Part shown: positions 25,721-29,701 of the stretch, piece by piece
Position numbering within the stretch: the first letter of the stretch is position 1
Layout of the letters: each line of letters opens with the position of its first letter
Source of the DNA: a virus
Lineage: Duplodnaviria > Caudoviricetes
DNA length: 29,701 nt
Direction: 5' to 3' (one strand)
Virus record (IMG/VR): IMGVR_UViG_3300038974_000405
Location: 1-29,701 of that record
Made by a program: the position numbers and the translations under genes
The notes under the pieces: model-generated
Database searches by the model: none
Seen by the model: the letters and a program-made list of their open reading frames with translations, nothing else
What the model was told of the DNA's origin: nothing

Positions 25721-28700
25721 GTGCCTGACATTGTTCATAATTTTAATATAAGCCCGTATTATGATACAACTAAAGATGAAGTAGAAAAAGGATATTCTAG
25801 ATTTTTAGCTGTAGAAGGAAGAGCTCTTCAAAATCGCGAATTAAATATCATGCAAGGTTTAGCGCATGAAAATAATAAAAGAATAAGCGATTTAATGATA
25901 GAAGACGGCTCTGTTATTTCTGGTTGTTCTTTTACTAAAAAGAAAATTGAAAAACAGTGTTTTTTAACTTCGGGCGAAATATATTTAAATGGGGATATTA
26001 TTAGCACAGAATCTTATTTATGGGATTTTTCAGAAGTGCCTGAAGAATTAAGTATTGTTTATTTTGAAGTTTTTCCTACTGTTGTTGATGAAATAGAAGA
26101 TCCTTCTTTATATGATCCTGCAGAAGCTTATGAAAGTCATGGGCAACCTGGTGGTCATAGATTAAAATTTTTAGCGACACCAAAAATAGCTGTTGAATCG
26201 GAATATAATTCTTTAATTATAGAAAATAAAAATACAGTTCCAGTTTGTAAAATTTATGATAGAGTTTCATACGGTCCAATTAAACCAAAACCAGTTTTTG
26301 GTAAATTATATGATTATATGGCGCAAAGAACTTATGATTCAATGGGAGATTTTTTATCTCAAGGTATGGAAGTAACAACAACTACAAATGTCTCAAACGC
26401 TAAAGAATTATATGATATTAAAATTACAGCGGGAAAATCTTATATTAGAGGTTATGAATATACCTATACAAATGATACAACAGTTTCAGTAAAAAATGCT
26501 ATTGACACAAAAACAAATGCCGGAGATAGCGATATAGCGCCATTTGTTATACAATATGTATCAGGAGTTAATAAATATAGTTTAAGTGAAAATTATGTTA
26601 AACAAATAGATTCTGTAACGGCATTAGTTGAAGTTTCTTCAATATCATTGTCTTTTGACGCTATAACAAGAACAAATAATTTGCCAGCTCAATACACATC
26701 AATATATTCAATTGATGAAGTATACGATTATAGCGGTGGTGGTGGTACTAAAGTAACATATAGTTTAGTTACAGATTATTCTATAGAAAATTCAAATAGA
26801 ACAATTGTTTGGAAAACAACTGGTAGCTCACCAGCTGGAACTTTTTATGTTGATATAACAATATTAAGAAATTTAACTGAAAATGATTATTATTTAGTTC
26901 TAGAAGATTCTGCCTCATATATTCAATTTTCAACATCTGGAATTAAACCAAAGGTAAATACTCCAGTTACAATTGAATTTACTTGGTTTTTATCTAGAAT
27001 AGATTTAGTTTATTTAACAGTTGATGGATATATAAGAGTAAAATATGGAATATCAGCCGATAAATTAAATTTAAGAAAACCTTCTATACCAACGGGTTCT
27101 TTACCATTAGCTTATATTACAGTAATACCTAATACAAGTGTTGAATATTTTAATATTGAATCCTTTAATATTTATAGAGTACCGGTTACACAACTACAAG
27201 ATATGAAAAAAACAATTTCTAATTTAGAATATAATTTTGCTATGACAGAATTGGAAAATTTAGCTCAAAGTAAACATTTAGAACAAGATAATATAACTAC
27301 TTTAAGAAATATATTTTCAGATGCTATAACTACGTATTCTAAAGTCGATTTAGGAAATGTAGAATTTGATTCTACAGTTGATATTTTAAAATCTGAAGTA
27401 ACATTACCTTTAAATATAGATCATATAACAGCTGATGATATACAAGTTGTAGATAGTAATGGTAATACAGTTAATATTTCTAAACCAATTTCATTAGACG
27501 TATTAGGAACTGAAATATGTGATTATCAACCTTTTGCTACACATAGCGTTGATTTAGCTCCATTTTTATTTAGAGCGATGCAGCCTAGTATTACGTGTAC
27601 TCCTACTAATATAACACATATTACCGATACATATAGCACTACAATTCTTTGGCTACCAAATAGAATTGTATATTCAACTCAATATGTTGATAATTATATT
27701 ACTAAAAATATAACAAATACTATTACTGCGACTAGTTTTGATTCTCGTTCTAGTAGAAATAGAACAGTGACAACGTCATCAACAACAAGCAATACAGTTT
27801 TAAATACTAGCTCTAAAACTGTATCAAGCATAATAGGAGAAGAAGTAGTTGAAACAAAAAAATTAGATTTTGTTAAAATACCTCAACCTAATATTTATTC
27901 TCCAGCGTATATAAAAATATTTGGAAAAAACTTTTTACCAAACACTGAAATTTTAATTACTTTAGATGATTTAAGCGTATTAGAACCTGTATTTGCTGAT
28001 ACTACATTTCAAGACACTGAATACAATTATAAAGGAGATAGAACAGTATTAAGAGATAGAGCTACTCCTCCTTCTATTACTAATCAATTAACAGATCACA
28101 CTTGGGATGACGATGTAAATGAAGATATACCCAGACCTAATGTATGGAAATGGGAATATAATGCTAGTACTGGTTACTATTATATAAAACATCCTTCTTC
28201 AACAACAAATTGTTTAACTTATAGATATAGAAAAAGCGATAAGACGTGGCAATATTTATATACAGGTGATACTTGGCAAACGTTAGAAAAATCTCCATCA
28301 TGGCTTAAATGGGTTTTAAGATCTCCTTGGATTAATGATTCTATTAATGAAATGACAGATGAAACAAAAAAGGGTGTAATAATAGAAACTAATACTCATG
28401 AACCTGTTACAAATATTAGTTATACTTCATCATTTGTAAAAAACAAAACAACTACTATAACTGATGGATATGGCGATTTTGAAGTTTTAGTTAAATTGCC
28501 TTCAAATGTTAAAGTTGGTAGTCATGTTATAACATGCAGATGCGCAGTAGGTTTAGATTTTGATAAAACAGTAAGATTATATAGTAAAACTAGTTTTATT
28601 GGTGATACTTATATAAGACATTGGGAAACACAAATTTATAAAAGAAAAATAGAATTATTAAACACTATAATTTATAGAGATTATATTACTACTGTTACAA

Positions 28701-29617
28701 CTACAAGAAGAATAGAAAATATAATTGGTACTTGGCAAGATGTACGCACAGGAAATGATGATAGAGGAAATGGCGGAGGAACAGATCCAGTAGCTCAAAC
28801 TTTTAGATTAAAAGAAAATATGTTTTTATCTGGAATAGATTTATATTTTATTTCTAGAGCAGCTGAAACGCGTTCTAATATTTTCTTTTATATAAAAGAA
28901 ACTACTGAATCTGGAATTCCCACTGGTGATATTTTATACTATGATATAATTCCAAGAAATTCTATTAATATTGGAACTAATTATCCAGCGACGCATATAG
29001 AATTTGATTATCCAGTATATGTAGAAGCTAATAAAGAATACGCTTTTATTATAGGTTCTTCTACAAACGGTTATAGAATTCTTTATGCTAAAATAGGAAA
29101 TAAAGATCTTATTACTAATCAACAAGTTCTTTACAACGCTAATTTAACAGGCGTAATGTTAGAATCTTCAAATAGTTATACATGGTCACCAGTTCAAGAT
29201 GCTGATATAAAATATATTTTGTACAGAACTAGATTTAATACAAATGATAAAAGCTATTTTATTTTAAATGCTAATCAAAATGGAGTTTATGGCAATCAAA
29301 GCTTTGTTATGTGTAATACTACTATACCGTATATGACTTTAGATGACACAGAAGTAATAACAGAGTATAAAATAAATGGCACAAACGTTTTAACGTCTTC
29401 GGCAGCTTCATGGATACCATTAAATTTAGAAGAACAATATATTTTTGAACCATCAGTTGAATATTTAACACAAATGAATCATCATATAAAAGTTACTCTT
29501 ACTAGCGATTCAGATAAAGTCACTCCAATAGTAAATTTTGGAAATTTTGAATCATTTTATGGTAAATACAAAAATAGCGGTTCTTATATTCAAACTCCAA
29601 TTAAATTAGATGAATAG
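25721..29617 (+). CDS. large baseplate / virion structural protein (DUF4815-like)
   Basis: FNISPYYD, GRALQNRELNIMQ, AGKSYIRGYE, SRIDLVYL, ISNLEY, DPVAQTF...SGIDLYF, SSNSYTWSPVQDADIKYILYR. Confidence 0.85.
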   Translation: MPDIVHNFNISPYYDTTKDEVEKGYSRFLAVEGRALQNRELNIMQGLAHENNKRISDLMIEDGSVISGCSFTKKKIEKQCFLTSGEIYLNGDIISTESYLWDFSEVPEELSIVYFEVFPTVVDEIEDPSLYDPAEAYESHGQPGGHRLKFLATPKIAVESEYNSLIIENKNTVPVCKIYDRVSYGPIKPKPVFGKLYDYMAQRTYDSMGDFLSQGMEVTTTTNVSNAKELYDIKITAGKSYIRGYEYTYTNDTTVSVKNAIDTKTNAGDSDIAPFVIQYVSGVNKYSLSENYVKQIDSVTALVEVSSISLSFDAITRTNNLPAQYTSIYSIDEVYDYSGGGGTKVTYSLVTDYSIENSNRTIVWKTTGSSPAGTFYVDITILRNLTENDYYLVLEDSASYIQFSTSGIKPKVNTPVTIEFTWFLSRIDLVYLTVDGYIRVKYGISADKLNLRKPSIPTGSLPLAYITVIPNTSVEYFNIESFNIYRVPVTQLQDMKKTISNLEYNFAMTELENLAQSKHLEQDNITTLRNIFSDAITTYSKVDLGNVEFDSTVDILKSEVTLPLNIDHITADDIQVVDSNGNTVNISKPISLDVLGTEICDYQPFATHSVDLAPFLFRAMQPSITCTPTNITHITDTYSTTILWLPNRIVYSTQYVDNYITKNITNTITATSFDSRSSRNRTVTTSSTTSNTVLNTSSKTVSSIIGEEVVETKKLDFVKIPQPNIYSPAYIKIFGKNFLPNTEILITLDDLSVLEPVFADTTFQDTEYNYKGDRTVLRDRATPPSITNQLTDHTWDDDVNEDIPRPNVWKWEYNASTGYYYIKHPSSTTNCLTYRYRKSDKTWQYLYTGDTWQTLEKSPSWLKWVLRSPWINDSINEMTDETKKGVIIETNTHEPVTNISYTSSFVKNKTTTITDGYGDFEVLVKLPSNVKVGSHVITCRCAVGLDFDKTVRLYSKTSFIGDTYIRHWETQIYKRKIELLNTIIYRDYITTVTTTRRIENIIGTWQDVRTGNDDRGNGGGTDPVAQTFRLKENMFLSGIDLYFISRAAETRSNIFFYIKETTESGIPTGDILYYDIIPRNSINIGTNYPATHIEFDYPVYVEANKEYAFIIGSSTNGYRILYAKIGNKDLITNQQVLYNANLTGVMLESSNSYTWSPVQDADIKYILYRTRFNTNDKSYFILNANQNGVYGNQSFVMCNTTIPYMTLDDTEVITEYKINGTNVLTSSAASWIPLNLEEQYIFEPSVEYLTQMNHHIKVTLTSDSDKVTPIVNFGNFESFYGKYKNSGSYIQTPIKLDE

Positions 29618-29627
29618 GGAGTAAAAA

Positions 29628-29701
29628 ATGGCAATAAATACATATTTTAAAAAAGCGCGTTTAATTTGGGAAGAAAAAACTGCAGGTTTATCACCATTAA
29701 G
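29628..29701 (+). CDS. 5' end of next gene (truncated by window)
   Basis: SD AGGGAG, then ATG and open frame MAINTYFKKARLIWEEKTAGLSPL to the window end. Confidence 0.7.
   Translation, partial: MAINTYFKKARLIWEEKTAGLSPL

Noticed and set aside
453-29125. Minus-strand ORFs in the track (453-671, 809-994, 4936-5208, 5456-5638, 11911-12099, 17319-17627, 22732-22953, 28934-29125)
   Set aside because: All overlap better-supported plus-strand genes and have the F/L/I/S-rich composition of antisense shadows.
1-29701. Stop-codon reassignment
   Set aside because: Genes are full length and densely packed in the standard code; TAA, TAG and TGA all end genes at sensible boundaries.
1-29701. Frequent TCTAGA hexamer as a binding or modification site
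   Set aside because: Copies lie in coding sequence and many are TCT-AGA (Ser-Arg) preferred codons; enrichment cannot be established without a codon-aware count.
1-29701. tRNA or structured ncRNA genes
   Set aside because: Intergenic gaps are short, very AT-rich and accounted for by promoters, terminators and RBSs; no cloverleaf seen.

Overview
A very AT-rich segment of a large contractile-tailed (myovirus-like) dsDNA phage, standard genetic code, almost all genes on the + strand. Positions 843-7625 form an accessory region: a holin-like and a spanin-like membrane gene, a NADAR hydrolase, two long paralogues plus an unannotated 45-aa ORF that share an N-terminal leader, an encapsulated-ferritin (EncFtn/Flp) homologue lacking its cargo-loading peptide, a degenerate stand-alone terminase-ATPase-like protein, an exported coiled-coil protein and a tiny minus-strand fibre-motif gene. 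Positions 7747-13178 hold a gp55-like sigma factor, a DnaB/gp41 helicase, dCMP deaminase and a gp26-like chaperone pair with a candidate frameshift. Positions 13254-29701 are a tail/baseplate operon: tape measure with a perfect 156-bp duplication and a lysozyme-like domain, tube initiator, gp53/LysM, hub, gp5 OB-fold spike, PAAR, gp25, gp6/J, gp7/I-like and a large DUF4815-like protein. Three consensus sigma70/sigmaA promoters and three intrinsic terminators are visible. The best novelty candidates are the orphan EncFtn, the shared-leader protein family, and the NADAR plus dead-terminase pair as a possible counter-defence island. All family calls come from motif recognition by eye; no searches were run.
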